In this document: piece after piece, positions 25,357 to 35,022 of the stretch
How positions within the stretch are numbered: position 1 is the first letter of the stretch
Layout of the letters: each line of letters begins with the position of its first letter
Virus record (IMG/VR): IMGVR_UViG_3300044647_001578
Location: 8,016-72,015 of that record
Reading direction: 5' to 3' (one strand)
DNA length: 64,000 bases
Source: a virus
Taxonomy: Duplodnaviria > Caudoviricetes
Made by a program: the position numbers and the translations under genes
The notes under the pieces: model-generated
What the model saw: the letters and a program-made list of their open reading frames with translations, nothing else
Databases searched by the model: none
What the model was told of the DNA's origin: nothing

Positions 25357-28300
25357 CTTATCTCCTTGATATTTAGCGTTCCGTCATCTAGTTTAGCTAA
25401 CGTCACCTTGCATTTCATTCCTTCTCGCATTTTTGCTAAAGTCATTTTATACATTGCTGGGAAAGCAATTGCTCTTGTTAACTTTTTGTCTCTATCTGAC
25501 AACACAATGTGGCTCATTTGCTTTCCAGCCTTTGTTGTATAAGGTGTAAAGTTTACCACAATGTACTCGTCTTCTTCAAGATCGTAGCTCTTTCTATATA
25601 AATAGTCTACAAATAAATCATTGGAGTCTGGATTAATATCTGATACCTTAATGTATCTGGATATTCTATTATCTCCGACCAAAACAAAGTACATCTGACC
25701 AGTTTCAATTTGAGTTTGCTCGGTATGGAATAATCCAACGGACCCAGTTTCATCTACAAGCTCTACTCTTGCCCACCCATTTCCACGCTTGATTGACTTC
25801 ACCATTCCAAACATTACAAATGAACCAAGGTCATCAAACTCTTCAATTGGTCTTGCCTGAGCTTTAATCCTTGGAGGGATTCCTTCAAGATTAAATGTTG
25901 GAATACCTAAGTATTCGTAGTAATTGTCTTTTTCATTTCCTTGCCTTTTGTTATCAGTAAACGCAGCACCGCCGATGGAGTTAAGAGCAGCAATAGCACG
26001 GCTATTAATGCCAGAACCCTTTTTCGATGCCTTATCAATAAAGTCAGCATAGTCACTGAACGGTCTTCTTTCTATTATTTTGTTTGCAATGCTGTCTGAA
26101 ATAAACTTTACTTCAGCCAATCCAAATCTAATTGCATTATCTTGTAAAGAAAAGTAAACCTGGGACTCATTGATATGAGGTAGCAGTACCTTTAGCCCAA
26201 GTCTTTTTGACTCAATTAAATATTCTGTTCTTGCGTCTTTGTCATTTTCATTTTTAAGAATTGAAAACATGAACTCAAGTGGGTAATAAAACTTAAGCCA
26301 AGCAGTATAATAACTAAGCATAGAGTAAGCAACAGCATGGGAGCGGTTAAAAGAATAACCAGCATGCGCTTCAAAATCATGCCATAGCGCTTCGGCTTTT
26401 TTCTTAGTAATGTGTTCTGAAGCCCCAGCAATAAACTTATCCTTGAATTGGTCAAATTCTTTTGCATCTTTTTTCTTTCCAATAATCTTGCGGACCTTAT
26501 CAGCCTCTGCCCAAGTCATGCCGCCCAAGTGTACGCATGCCTGCATAACTTGCTCTTGATATATGATAACACCATATGTGTTCTCGGTAAAAGGCTTCAT
26601 GATTGTGTGCATATAGTCCACAGCTTCATTGCCATTCTTTCGGCTAATGTACGCTGCACCTACTGTATTCATCGCACCAGGACGAACAAGTGCATTAGAA
26701 GCAGCAAGATCTTCAAACTTGTCTATACCCATTTTAATCAAAAGGTTTGTGTATGGAGTTGCTTCTGCTTGGAATACACCCTTTGTATACCCGTCGTTTA
26801 GCATCTTGTAAACATTGGCGTCATCCATAGTCATTTCGGAAAGATTGATTGTCTTGCCATGCCTATCTTTAATTGACTTTAATGTATCAGAGATCACAGA
26901 TAAAGTCTTAAGACCTAGTGCATCTAGCTTAATAAGACCTATATCTGCAACCGTATCCATATCGTATGCGACGACTGGAATTCTTCCTGATACTTTATCT
27001 TGAGAGTCTTCACGAGATTCAACTGGTGCAAACTTTCTTAAATCATCTTTTGCAACAACTACACCAGCAGCGTGTACGCCTACTGATCTGATTCTTCCAC
27101 GAAGTCTATCGGCAAGCCAAACAACTTCTGGGTAGCGCATTCTAAATTCTTTTGTATTTGGAGAATCTATAAAGTCTTCAAATGTATCTACAGATTTTAG
27201 TGCACGATTAACTTCTTGAAGAGGAACCATAAATACACGAGCAGCATCTCTAACAACACCCTTATCTTTAAAATAAGTGTATGTAGAAATAGAAGCAACG
27301 TGCTTGAACCTTTTCTTTAAATAATCTTTAACTTCTTTTCTTCTGCGGTCTTCAAAGTCAGTATCAATATCTGGAAAGTCATTACGCTCTTCATTAATAA
27401 ATCTAAAGAACAGTAGGTCGTACTTAATTGGATCCACATCAGTAATTCCTAATGTATAACAAACTAAAGATCCAGCGGCAGAACCACGCCCAGGCCCAAC
27501 CATAATATTATTTTCTTTAGCCCAATTAATCATATCTCCAACAACAAGGAAGTACGAAGCAAAATTTTTCTTGGCAATAATCCCAAGCTCTTCGTTAAGC
27601 CTGTCCGTATAAATAGGGTCTGAAGCCTTCTGAAGCCTCTCTAAGCCCTTTTCAGCCAACTCTCTTAGTCTTTCATCAGCATCAGTTTTTGGGACTGGCA
27701 GGAGGTCTAGGCCCTGATAGAAGTCATAATCTCCAACCTTATCAGCAATTTCCATTGTATTGTCATAGATGTCTGTTCGATTAATTCCAGCCTTATTAAA
27801 GTCTGCCTCTATTTCAGAACGGCTCTGAATAAATAAATTCATATCTTGAAATGAGATTCTTCGATCAGGATAAAGATAGTTAAATCTATCTAACATGTCC
27901 TTCATATTTCTAGACATATCAAAATCCATATCCTTGTCAGCTTTTGGAGATGTAGAGAGAATAAGTAATGCTTCTTCTAGTATTCTATCTTCTTCTTTAG
28001 CAAAGTGAGCGTCTCCAGTTGCCACCGCCTTAATTTTAAGCTCGTCAGCAAGATCAAGAAGAGCAGCATTTATTTCTGGCGGATTATGAGATTGAACCTC
28101 CACATAAAAATCTTCTTGAAAAGTTTGCTTAAAGTCTTTGAGTATAAGCCTTGCTTCTCCCAATTCGCCTTTTTCGATGCACTTACTAATAAGACCATTA
28201 AGGCATCCGCTAAGGACAATAATACCTTCCGCATATTCTTTTAAAACCTCTCTGTCAATTCTAGGCTTATGATAAAAGCCTTCGTTCCAAGCAAGCTCTT

Positions 28301-28622
28301 GCAGAATATTTATATTCTCCAACCCCTTTTTATTTTTCGCTAGCAAAATAATATGGTTATAGGCCTGAATAGACTTATCCGTTTTAGAGGATCTATCAAA
28401 CCTATCTGTTGGAGAAATGTACGCCTCAACACCAAGAATTGGCTTAATGCCAGTTTCCTTTGCGGCAATTTGCATATCTCTATGTGATGAGAGAGTACCA
28501 TGGTCTGTAATTGCAATCGCAGTTTGCCCAGCATCTAACGCCGCTTGGCATAATTCTTTAGGTGAATTTAGTCCATCCATTAATGAATAGTATGAATGAA
28601 CATGTAGGTGTGTAAAGCTCAT
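25353..28622 (-). CDS. dnaE: DNA polymerase III alpha subunit
   Basis: HLHVHSYYSLMDG PHP domain, GPGRGSAAGSLV, FPDIDTDF, GYSFNRSHA; start refined to MSFTHL. Confidence 0.97.
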   Translation of the reverse strand: MSFTHLHVHSYYSLMDGLNSPKELCQAALDAGQTAIAITDHGTLSSHRDMQIAAKETGIKPILGVEAYISPTDRFDRSSKTDKSIQAYNHIILLAKNKKGLENINILQELAWNEGFYHKPRIDREVLKEYAEGIIVLSGCLNGLISKCIEKGELGEARLILKDFKQTFQEDFYVEVQSHNPPEINAALLDLADELKIKAVATGDAHFAKEEDRILEEALLILSTSPKADKDMDFDMSRNMKDMLDRFNYLYPDRRISFQDMNLFIQSRSEIEADFNKAGINRTDIYDNTMEIADKVGDYDFYQGLDLLPVPKTDADERLRELAEKGLERLQKASDPIYTDRLNEELGIIAKKNFASYFLVVGDMINWAKENNIMVGPGRGSAAGSLVCYTLGITDVDPIKYDLLFFRFINEERNDFPDIDTDFEDRRRKEVKDYLKKRFKHVASISTYTYFKDKGVVRDAARVFMVPLQEVNRALKSVDTFEDFIDSPNTKEFRMRYPEVVWLADRLRGRIRSVGVHAAGVVVAKDDLRKFAPVESREDSQDKVSGRIPVVAYDMDTVADIGLIKLDALGLKTLSVISDTLKSIKDRHGKTINLSEMTMDDANVYKMLNDGYTKGVFQAEATPYTNLLIKMGIDKFEDLAASNALVRPGAMNTVGAAYISRKNGNEAVDYMHTIMKPFTENTYGVIIYQEQVMQACVHLGGMTWAEADKVRKIIGKKKDAKEFDQFKDKFIAGASEHITKKKAEALWHDFEAHAGYSFNRSHAVAYSMLSYYTAWLKFYYPLEFMFSILKNENDKDARTEYLIESKRLGLKVLLPHINESQVYFSLQDNAIRFGLAEVKFISDSIANKIIERRPFSDYADFIDKASKKGSGINSRAIAALNSIGGAAFTDNKRQGNEKDNYYEYLGIPTFNLEGIPPRIKAQARPIEEFDDLGSFVMFGMVKSIKRGNGWARVELVDETGSVGLFHTEQTQIETGQMYFVLVGDNRISRYIKVSDINPDSNDLFVDYLYRKSYDLEEDEYIVVNFTPYTTKAGKQMSHIVLSDRDKKLTRAIAFPAMYKMTLAKMREGMKCKVTLAKLDDGTLNIKEIR

Positions 28623-28828
28623 TAATATCCGCCCATGCATTCATTTCTTGTATGATAAAGTCTTATCTTAGTCATAGTCTTTTTGTTTGGTGCGTAAAGC
28701 TCTTCTCCACAACATGCAGTTTTTAAATACCATTCTCTTGCAAAGAAGTCGTAAAGCATTCCTTTGTAATCCTTATACTTGTGCGCCACAAAAGTATCAA
28801 AAGGATCTGGTATCTCGTATGTGTTCAT
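28622..28828 (-). CDS. hypothetical protein
   Basis: TAGAAT-N6-ATG; coupled to dnaE. Confidence 0.7.
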   Translation of the reverse strand: MNTYEIPDPFDTFVAHKYKDYKGMLYDFFAREWYLKTACCGEELYAPNKKTMTKIRLYHTRNECMGGY

Positions 28829-28834
28829 ATAAGC

Positions 28835-28876
28835 ATTCTACTAAATAACTCAGGGGCAGTCAATAGACTGCCCCTG
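28835..28876 (-). terminator. ssb terminator hairpin overlapping the -35 of the next promoter
   Basis: CAGGGGCAGTC-N4-GACTGCCCCTG (28851-28876); TTGACT-N17-TAGAAT. Confidence 0.7.
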
Positions 28877-28888
28877 GTATTTAATTAT

Positions 28889-29560
28889 TTACCAGTCTAA
28901 GTTGCTACTTGTGGCTGAAGGCTCATCTGAATGAGTACTTTCACCAGCAAAGAAAGCTTCCTGTTCTGTGTAAGGCATGTCACGAACTGCTGCTGTTTCA
29001 AGCTCAAACAGTTCTAGCGACGAAGCATCGAATGGCGCCTCATCTTTTGCTAAAGGAATGATTGTGTAACTTGTGTCTGTCTTTGTTCCAGAACGCTTAA
29101 CACGCCACATCAGATTAGTGATGCTTCCCATTTCGCCAGCATATTCAATTAGTGTTGGAGTAATTGTTTTACCGCTTGACCCCTGAGAAAGAATAGCCAC
29201 ATATGGATCTTCCTTGCCATCGTCAACAAGAACATTAATGTAAAGTCGTGAACGACCCTTCCATCCCGCCTTGTAATCTTTACGGTGTTGTTCACATCCG
29301 TAGCACTTGCCTTGGTCTTCCATTGTGCAAAGACCCTTACGGCGATAATCTTTTGGATTTGTGTGCTCTACAGCAATAAATCCAAGACCAGCCTTTTCGT
29401 TGTATGTTGGTGAGTCTGGATCTAGTTCCTGCAAGAAACGAATCTTTACGCTTTCTGCATCCTCTAGCTTTACCCAGCGACCCTTTGTGCCTTCGCCACC
29501 ACTTGATTGTGGTTTGTCCATAACTTTATTAAGATCTTTTAGACCTTTTACTATTCCCAT
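28889..29560 (-). CDS. single-stranded DNA-binding protein (gp32-like)
   Basis: IRFL, H...C..CYGC Zn site, acidic tail ending LDW; replication context. Confidence 0.75.
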   Translation of the reverse strand: MGIVKGLKDLNKVMDKPQSSGGEGTKGRWVKLEDAESVKIRFLQELDPDSPTYNEKAGLGFIAVEHTNPKDYRRKGLCTMEDQGKCYGCEQHRKDYKAGWKGRSRLYINVLVDDGKEDPYVAILSQGSSGKTITPTLIEYAGEMGSITNLMWRVKRSGTKTDTSYTIIPLAKDEAPFDASSLELFELETAAVRDMPYTEQEAFFAGESTHSDEPSATSSNLDW

Positions 29561-29602
29561 ATGTTTCTCCCTTGTAGTTGATGGTATAAATCCATCTGTT
29601 TA

Positions 29603-30607
29603 TTATTTTTGATGGGTCCAAGATTGATATTCAATATTGGAAACTGCGTTTTTAATACAGGCTTTAATTTCCTCTTCGGTCAAATCGCCAGCATCTTTTG
29701 CATCATGTGGATATATCTTACCATATTCATACGAAGCCCACAAGAGGTCTTTATTCTTTAATCTAGAGGCAATGCTATTGGCAAGCTCACGACCAGCGTG
29801 GTCAGCATCAGTCATTAAAGTAACTTTATTAAAATATCTATTTATTAATGCAATATTTTCTGTGGATATATGCCCGCCAAGTGTTGCAATAACATTGGGG
29901 AATCCCGCCTGATGAACACGGATTGCATCAAAGCTAGACTCTACAATAATAACATTGTCACCTATTTTTTTAGCACGGTGAATGTTAAACATAGTCTTGC
30001 TTCTGGGGAGGTTGGTACTGTTTTTAAATTTCTTTTCTGAAATAGATCTGCCTACGATGCCTACTGCAAGTCCGTCTGGGCTATGTACTGGAACTGTTAC
30101 CATATCCTGCTTTGGAGAATAGCCTAAAGAGAAATGGGCAATTGAAGACATATCGATTCCTCTAGACTTAAAGTAGTCTTGTGCTTCTTTGCTTGCAACT
30201 AAATCATTATATAGATTCTTTAGTATCTCTTCTGGAAACTCTACGAAGTCTGGCTTGTCTTCTAGAATATCGTTTAGAAGATCATCAAAGTTTTCTAATG
30301 TCTCCGCTTCTTTTGAATAGACATATCTCATGGCCTCAAAGTCATTCTTATGCAAAACTCTTTTAACTAGTTCTATTAATGATCCAGTTTCACCACACGA
30401 TGGATTAAAGCATAGCCATGCCCCAGTTGTTTTACTAATACTACAACTTGCGCTGTGTCGGTTGGAATGAAATGGGCAGTAAAAAGAAACCTCTATGTCT
30501 GTTTCACCAGCTACCTGTAAGCCAAGGCTCTTTACAATTGCCTTTATATGTTGCTTAGAGTATTGCGTGGTATCAGCTTTCCTTGCGTAATTGCTTCGTG
30601 CCGCCAT
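29603..30607 (-). CDS. dnaG: DNA primase
   Basis: CPFH...C..C Zn finger, IVES.FD TOPRIM, DADHAG. Confidence 0.92.
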   Translation of the reverse strand: MAARSNYARKADTTQYSKQHIKAIVKSLGLQVAGETDIEVSFYCPFHSNRHSASCSISKTTGAWLCFNPSCGETGSLIELVKRVLHKNDFEAMRYVYSKEAETLENFDDLLNDILEDKPDFVEFPEEILKNLYNDLVASKEAQDYFKSRGIDMSSIAHFSLGYSPKQDMVTVPVHSPDGLAVGIVGRSISEKKFKNSTNLPRSKTMFNIHRAKKIGDNVIIVESSFDAIRVHQAGFPNVIATLGGHISTENIALINRYFNKVTLMTDADHAGRELANSIASRLKNKDLLWASYEYGKIYPHDAKDAGDLTEEEIKACIKNAVSNIEYQSWTHQK

Positions 30608-30834
30608 GCCTTCTTCTTTCCTACGTAAGTGCCATAGAGTGTCATTAAGAACATCCATGTTGTGCCATCAAATTCTACCGAAAAGTTGGTGTCTATGTCA
30701 AGTACCCTAAGATACCCTTTGTCTCTCATCTGGTGCGTAAGCATGCTTTCATATTGATGCTTAATGCGAACCATATCAGAGTCATCTAAAAATTCAACTC
30801 TAACTTGGAATCTTTTTATCGGTTTGTGATTCAT
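30544..30834 (-). CDS. hypothetical protein
   Basis: ORF between helicase and primase. Confidence 0.65.
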   Translation of the reverse strand: MNHKPIKRFQVRVEFLDDSDMVRIKHQYESMLTHQMRDKGYLRVLDIDTNFSVEFDGTTWMFLMTLYGTYVGKKKAWRHEAITQGKLIPRNTLSNI

Positions 30835-32062
30835 TATTTTGGAAAGGATTCTCATAAATTTCTTTGACGATACCCCTGTTGATATCCCAATCTAAGTATA
30901 AACCAAATTCATGTCCATGTCGATTTTTACGTGAGACAATCTCAATCATATTAGTGCCTGGATATCTATGAACAGCCATAGCCATATCAGCATCATACTC
31001 AATAGCCTTTGACCAAGCCACCTGAGACATCATTGGAGGGTTGTCCTGATCCGAAACATCATCCGCAGTCGCTGCTGTGATATCAATAATAGGAATATTG
31101 TTTGAGACTGCAAGCATCTTAAACTCACGAGAAACATTTCTGTTTCTTTCAACTTCAGAGTTACTTCTTTTATTATCATTAAACAGCTGATGGTAATCAA
31201 GGATAACTATATCTGGTTTGTGCTGATCTATCTTGCCCTGAATAGTTGCTGGTGTTACTTCGGTATTGCCCTCATTTGAAATAAGGATAAAACTATTCTT
31301 GTCAGCAAATTTCTTTGAAGACCATGAACGGAAGTCATCAATATTAATGTCTCCCTTAGAAAAATCAGACGCTTTAAATAAACCAGACCCTAGCATTGTA
31401 TAAATACGATCACGCATATTCTCTGGTGACATCTCAAGAGAAACAATCATTGGCTTAAATCCTTGTTCCCAGGCCTTACACGCAAGGTAAGAAGTAAACC
31501 ACGTCTTACCACGCCCTGGCCAGCCGATAGCGACTATAAGGTGTCCTGGAGCCATACCTGTTGGGTATGCCAAGTCTATGGCCTCAAAACCTGTTTTGAT
31601 GCCTGGAGAACCACCCATTTCAGCAGAGCGCACTCTCAATAGCTCCATATGTCTAATTGCTGCTTCGGCATCTGTAATGTCTAAGTCTCGAACATTATTT
31701 GTAAATCTACTAAGGCCAGCTAATTGAGACTGCATATTTTCAAGAACTCTTGAGGCTGCATCTTCTTTTAAGGATGAGCCAGCACGAAGAATAATAGTCT
31801 TAAGCTTGTTTGAAATAAATTCATTTTTAAGTGTATCTAAATAGTATCCTGTCTGGCCTTTAACATCTACTGGCTCAAAGTCTTTGAATTTTTCCTGAAG
31901 GATTCCTGCCTCTGGTACTGCTTTAAACTTATAGTAATATGACTTAAGGCCATCCCAAATATCTTTATGTGATGTAAACAGATCGTCTACGTTATCCGCA
32001 AGGAGTGTACTAATGTCTTTATTCTTGCATACCGCTGAGATTAACTCTGCTTCTGTATTCAC
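30800..32062 (-). CDS. dnaB: DnaB-like replicative helicase
   Basis: GWPGRGKT, SLEMS, ILDYHQL, IEYDAD, KNRHG. Confidence 0.95.
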   Translation of the reverse strand: MNTEAELISAVCKNKDISTLLADNVDDLFTSHKDIWDGLKSYYYKFKAVPEAGILQEKFKDFEPVDVKGQTGYYLDTLKNEFISNKLKTIILRAGSSLKEDAASRVLENMQSQLAGLSRFTNNVRDLDITDAEAAIRHMELLRVRSAEMGGSPGIKTGFEAIDLAYPTGMAPGHLIVAIGWPGRGKTWFTSYLACKAWEQGFKPMIVSLEMSPENMRDRIYTMLGSGLFKASDFSKGDINIDDFRSWSSKKFADKNSFILISNEGNTEVTPATIQGKIDQHKPDIVILDYHQLFNDNKRSNSEVERNRNVSREFKMLAVSNNIPIIDITAATADDVSDQDNPPMMSQVAWSKAIEYDADMAMAVHRYPGTNMIEIVSRKNRHGHEFGLYLDWDINRGIVKEIYENPFQNNESQTDKKIPS

Positions 32063-32382
32063 TCTAGTCCGCCTTGCTCTACCATCTTCTTCGTTTCTTC
32101 TAGTAACAAACGACGCTTCTCTTTATCTTTTTCAATCTCAGTTTTGACTGTATCCATCTTATCAAAGTTATACAAAAAGAACTGTATCGTGTGGCCGTGC
32201 TTTGTAAGGTTAAAATAATACTCAAGCAATTCTTTAGCACGATCAAATCCTACACTATCAATAACATCTTGCATGGCCCATTTTTCACGGAACTTGTTTA
32301 TTGATGGGGCCTTGCCATACTTCTCTTTATAAAGGTTTTGATAAAGGGAAAGCAGGATGTATGGCTCTTTACTATTTGCCAC
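32059..32382 (-). CDS. hypothetical protein
   Basis: ORF in replication operon. Confidence 0.7.
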   Translation of the reverse strand: MANSKEPYILLSLYQNLYKEKYGKAPSINKFREKWAMQDVIDSVGFDRAKELLEYYFNLTKHGHTIQFFLYNFDKMDTVKTEIEKDKEKRRLLLEETKKMVEQGGLE

Positions 32383-32575
32383 GCTTTAGCTCTTCCTCAA
32401 CCTCTTCTGTTTTTTGAATTAGTTTGTTCTCAACAAAAGTGTAGACTCTTTCTGTTGCGGCTTCTACAGTTTCTCCTTGCCTGACATCGTCCTCAATGCC
32501 CACGCCAATTTTAATGCTTTCATAGTTACCAAGATTTCTAGTAAATGAAAGATCGACTTTTACTCTCGTTGTCAT
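32372..32575 (-). CDS. hypothetical protein
   Basis: TRNLGNYESIKI motif. Confidence 0.7.
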   Translation of the reverse strand: MTTRVKVDLSFTRNLGNYESIKIGVGIEDDVRQGETVEAATERVYTFVENKLIQKTEEVEEELKRGK

Positions 32576-32685
32576 TTGTGTTCCGCCTTCTTATGTCTGC
32601 TAAGTGTATCGCTGGCAAATATGCCCCATCGAACTTCTATGTCCCGTTTACAAATATCGCAAGTAACTGCCCTAATCTTTTCCAT
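32572..32685 (-). CDS. 37-aa C2H2-type Zn-finger micro-protein
   Basis: MEKIRAVTCDICKRDIEVRWGIFASDTLSRHKKAEHK; coupled on both sides. Confidence 0.65.
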   Translation of the reverse strand: MEKIRAVTCDICKRDIEVRWGIFASDTLSRHKKAEHK

Positions 32686-33170
32686 TACTCTGCCTTCCAT
32701 ACTGGAACAAACTTACCGTCTTCTGTCTTAGTATACAATACTAAGTTGTTTTTGAGAAGAGCTTGGACCTCTGCTTTTGAAGGAACTTCTTTTGAGTGTC
32801 CTGAATCTAATATATGTTGGTGTATATCTAATATGTTTTTTTGATTAAACATATACTGTGACCAATTTTCGCTGTCTGGTTGTCCTATTGGATATATTTT
32901 TTGAGGGGTAGAAACCTTATCTCCTAGTATATATTCTTGTATCGTCACCCTATGCTTATTAAGCATAAGGGCAACTTCTACAACAGTGTATGCTGTTTCC
33001 ATATTCTTTTTAACTTGAGAATATGAATACATAACTCTCTTCTTGTCTGGGTAGCACCAAGCAATCATTTCATCCTTTGATCTGGATGACTTTAAAACCT
33101 TATGTATCTTATCGTTTAAGAAGAAATACCGTAAGCTTTTTGATTTGCCGTCTCTTTTGATTCCAGCCAT
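32685..33170 (-). CDS. HTH DNA-binding protein
   Basis: YTVVEVALMLNKHRVTIQEYI HTH-like segment. Confidence 0.65.
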   Translation of the reverse strand: MAGIKRDGKSKSLRYFFLNDKIHKVLKSSRSKDEMIAWCYPDKKRVMYSYSQVKKNMETAYTVVEVALMLNKHRVTIQEYILGDKVSTPQKIYPIGQPDSENWSQYMFNQKNILDIHQHILDSGHSKEVPSKAEVQALLKNNLVLYTKTEDGKFVPVWKAE

Positions 33171-33301
33171 TTTCCGAAAGCACTCGTTTCTTTATTGCAC
33201 ATCCAGCGTTTGCCGCACATGATACAGAATAATTCCATATGTAGTTTTTGAGAAAACACTCTGTCTACAAAAACTCTTCCATTACATTTCCCGCACCACA
33301 T
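33116..33301 (-). CDS. Zn-ribbon protein
   Basis: CGKC...CIMCG. Confidence 0.7.
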   Translation of the reverse strand: MWCGKCNGRVFVDRVFSQKLHMELFCIMCGKRWMCNKETSAFGKWLESKETANQKAYGISS

Positions 33302-34101
33302 TATAAAGTAAACAGCTTCCCGTCAACGACACATGAATAATCAGGGGCGACGTGAATCATCTGAATATGTGGGTAGTCATTAACAATGTGAGCAATTGCA
33401 AATCCTTTTTGCCAGTCGTGATGCTGCATGTACTTCATACCTGGACCCTTTTCATCACACATATGTCCAAGCTCATAACCACGAAGTGTTTCTCCTTCGC
33501 CATTATTTCTTAACTCGTATGTTACTAAGTGTGAGGCGATTCTGTGTGAGTGCCCTCTAATTAATGAGACCTGTAGGTCTTCCATGTCTTTACGCACAGA
33601 GCCAGTTGCTGCAATTGAAAGTCCATGGTGTACGTGGATATCTCCAAAGCGTCGCTTTGGCAATTCGTTGTAATGTATGTATTCGTATCCCAATGAGTCA
33701 AGGCCCCATAAAGCTTCTGGGGTTACTTCATTTATATAGTCAGGAAGCTTTGCATCTACATAATTAAAAATTCTAACATCGTGATTACCAAGCGCTGAAA
33801 ATAGCTGAGCTTCTGGAAGCATGTCTCTTGTCTTTGCATAGAAGTCTCTTGCGCCCTTTGCTTCGTGACGCATCATTGGAACAATAAGATCTCGGCTATC
33901 TGTCTTATGAAGGTTTAAAAACTCTGCTGATCTTCCTTCTGTATACTTACTGTAGCATGCTTGATCATCTGTGTCTCCAAGGTAGTCAACGACATCTGGC
34001 TTAAACCACTTCATTACTTTAAACCAAAGTGCAATCATCTTGTCATCCTGATATGGGAACTGCTGGTCGGATGAAATCATCCACTTTAAATCGTTGCTCA
34101 T
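33301..34101 (-). CDS. calcineurin-like metallophosphoesterase
   Basis: SDQQ, LGD, GNHD, HHG, GHSHR. Confidence 0.88.
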   Translation of the reverse strand: MSNDLKWMISSDQQFPYQDDKMIALWFKVMKWFKPDVVDYLGDTDDQACYSKYTEGRSAEFLNLHKTDSRDLIVPMMRHEAKGARDFYAKTRDMLPEAQLFSALGNHDVRIFNYVDAKLPDYINEVTPEALWGLDSLGYEYIHYNELPKRRFGDIHVHHGLSIAATGSVRKDMEDLQVSLIRGHSHRIASHLVTYELRNNGEGETLRGYELGHMCDEKGPGMKYMQHHDWQKGFAIAHIVNDYPHIQMIHVAPDYSCVVDGKLFTL

Positions 34102-34116
34102 TATCTGCCTTAATAT

Positions 34117-34143
34117 GTAAAAAAGTCACGGGTACGTGACTTT
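34117..34143 (-). terminator. intrinsic terminator at end of structural operon
   Basis: AAAGTCACG-TACC-CGTGACTTT with a U6 run. Confidence 0.65.
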
Positions 34144-34144
34144 G

Positions 34145-34183
34145 ATGTTACATTTATTGTAACATATTGGTACAGCTTGTCAA
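34145..34183 (-). promoter_or_regulatory. replication-operon promoter with palindromic operator
   Basis: TTGACA-N16-TACAAT; ATGTTACA-N5-TGTAACAT over the -10. Confidence 0.6.
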
Positions 34184-34187
34184 TAGG

Positions 34188-34625
34188 TTATGCGGTTGCT
34201 GCCACTCCAGTAGCAAATACAATAACCTTAATTGTAGATGCAGTTGCTGATCTAAACAGAACAAAAGCTGATGTTGTTGTTACTTTTGAAACCTGTGTAA
34301 ATATTTGAGATTTAGCCCAAGTTGGCTGACTAATTCCTTCAATATAAAACTGAACCCATACTGCGGGTGGGGAGGCCCACTTTTGATTTCCAAATTTAAA
34401 TTCTTTTGCTTTTGGAGTTCCTGATTCTACATTGATTGATACAGGGCCAGAATTCCAGACCATAGTTGTAACTTGATCTTTCTTTCCTTCTTCTTGAGCA
34501 TTTTGCAATATAATGCTTTGGGCTGTACTTTGTTTTTCTATTGTTCCTAGATCTATAATAAGGTTATTAATAATCTCTGCTGTTACTGGGTCCCCAGGAG
34601 TTATAGCTCTTGATTTTATTGCCAT
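34188..34625 (-). CDS. putative minor tail/structural protein
   Basis: End of tail module; beta-rich C-terminus. Confidence 0.55.
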   Translation of the reverse strand: MAIKSRAITPGDPVTAEIINNLIIDLGTIEKQSTAQSIILQNAQEEGKKDQVTTMVWNSGPVSINVESGTPKAKEFKFGNQKWASPPAVWVQFYIEGISQPTWAKSQIFTQVSKVTTTSAFVLFRSATASTIKVIVFATGVAATA

Positions 34626-34628
34626 TCT

Positions 34629-34787
34629 TTACTCCTTTGGCTGTTCCGCTGGAACTTCCTGTGATTTATTTGCTTCAGCAAGCTGTGTTATTTCTGCTCT
34701 AAGGATTGCTACGTGCGTCTCATACTGTGAGACGATCTCACCGATACGCTGTTGCAAAGCCTGTACTACTAGTTCTACTTTATCCAT
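34629..34787 (-). CDS. 52-aa coiled-coil protein
   Basis: MDKVELVVQALQQRIGEIVSQYETHVAILRAEITQL...; AAGGAG SD. Confidence 0.7.
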   Translation of the reverse strand: MDKVELVVQALQQRIGEIVSQYETHVAILRAEITQLAEANKSQEVPAEQPKE

Positions 34788-34818
34788 TATATCTCCTTGA
34801 TAGATTTACAGTATACCA

Positions 34819-35022
34819 TTATGGCGCATTACTGTCTAGCCCATTTAAGGCTTTATACGATTCTGTTGTCATTTCTTCATCTGTAATTCCATCGTGCCTT
34901 ACAAAAACTTCTGTTAGCAAGGAGCCACAATCTGGGCAGTTTGCATAAGCAAAGCTTGAATCTACAGATGATGCGTAAAGTTCTTTATCATCTATACAGA
35001 CCGCACAAAAAAACTTAAACAT
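34819..35022 (-). CDS. Zn-ribbon protein
   Basis: CAVC...CPDCG. Confidence 0.65.
   Translation of the reverse strand: MFKFFCAVCIDDKELYASSVDSSFAYANCPDCGSLLTEVFVRHDGITDEEMTTESYKALNGLDSNAP

Noticed and set aside
16210-32062. Inteins or introns in terL, recA, dnaE or dnaB
   Set aside because: Lengths are ordinary, motifs are contiguous, and no intein splice-junction or homing-endonuclease motifs were seen
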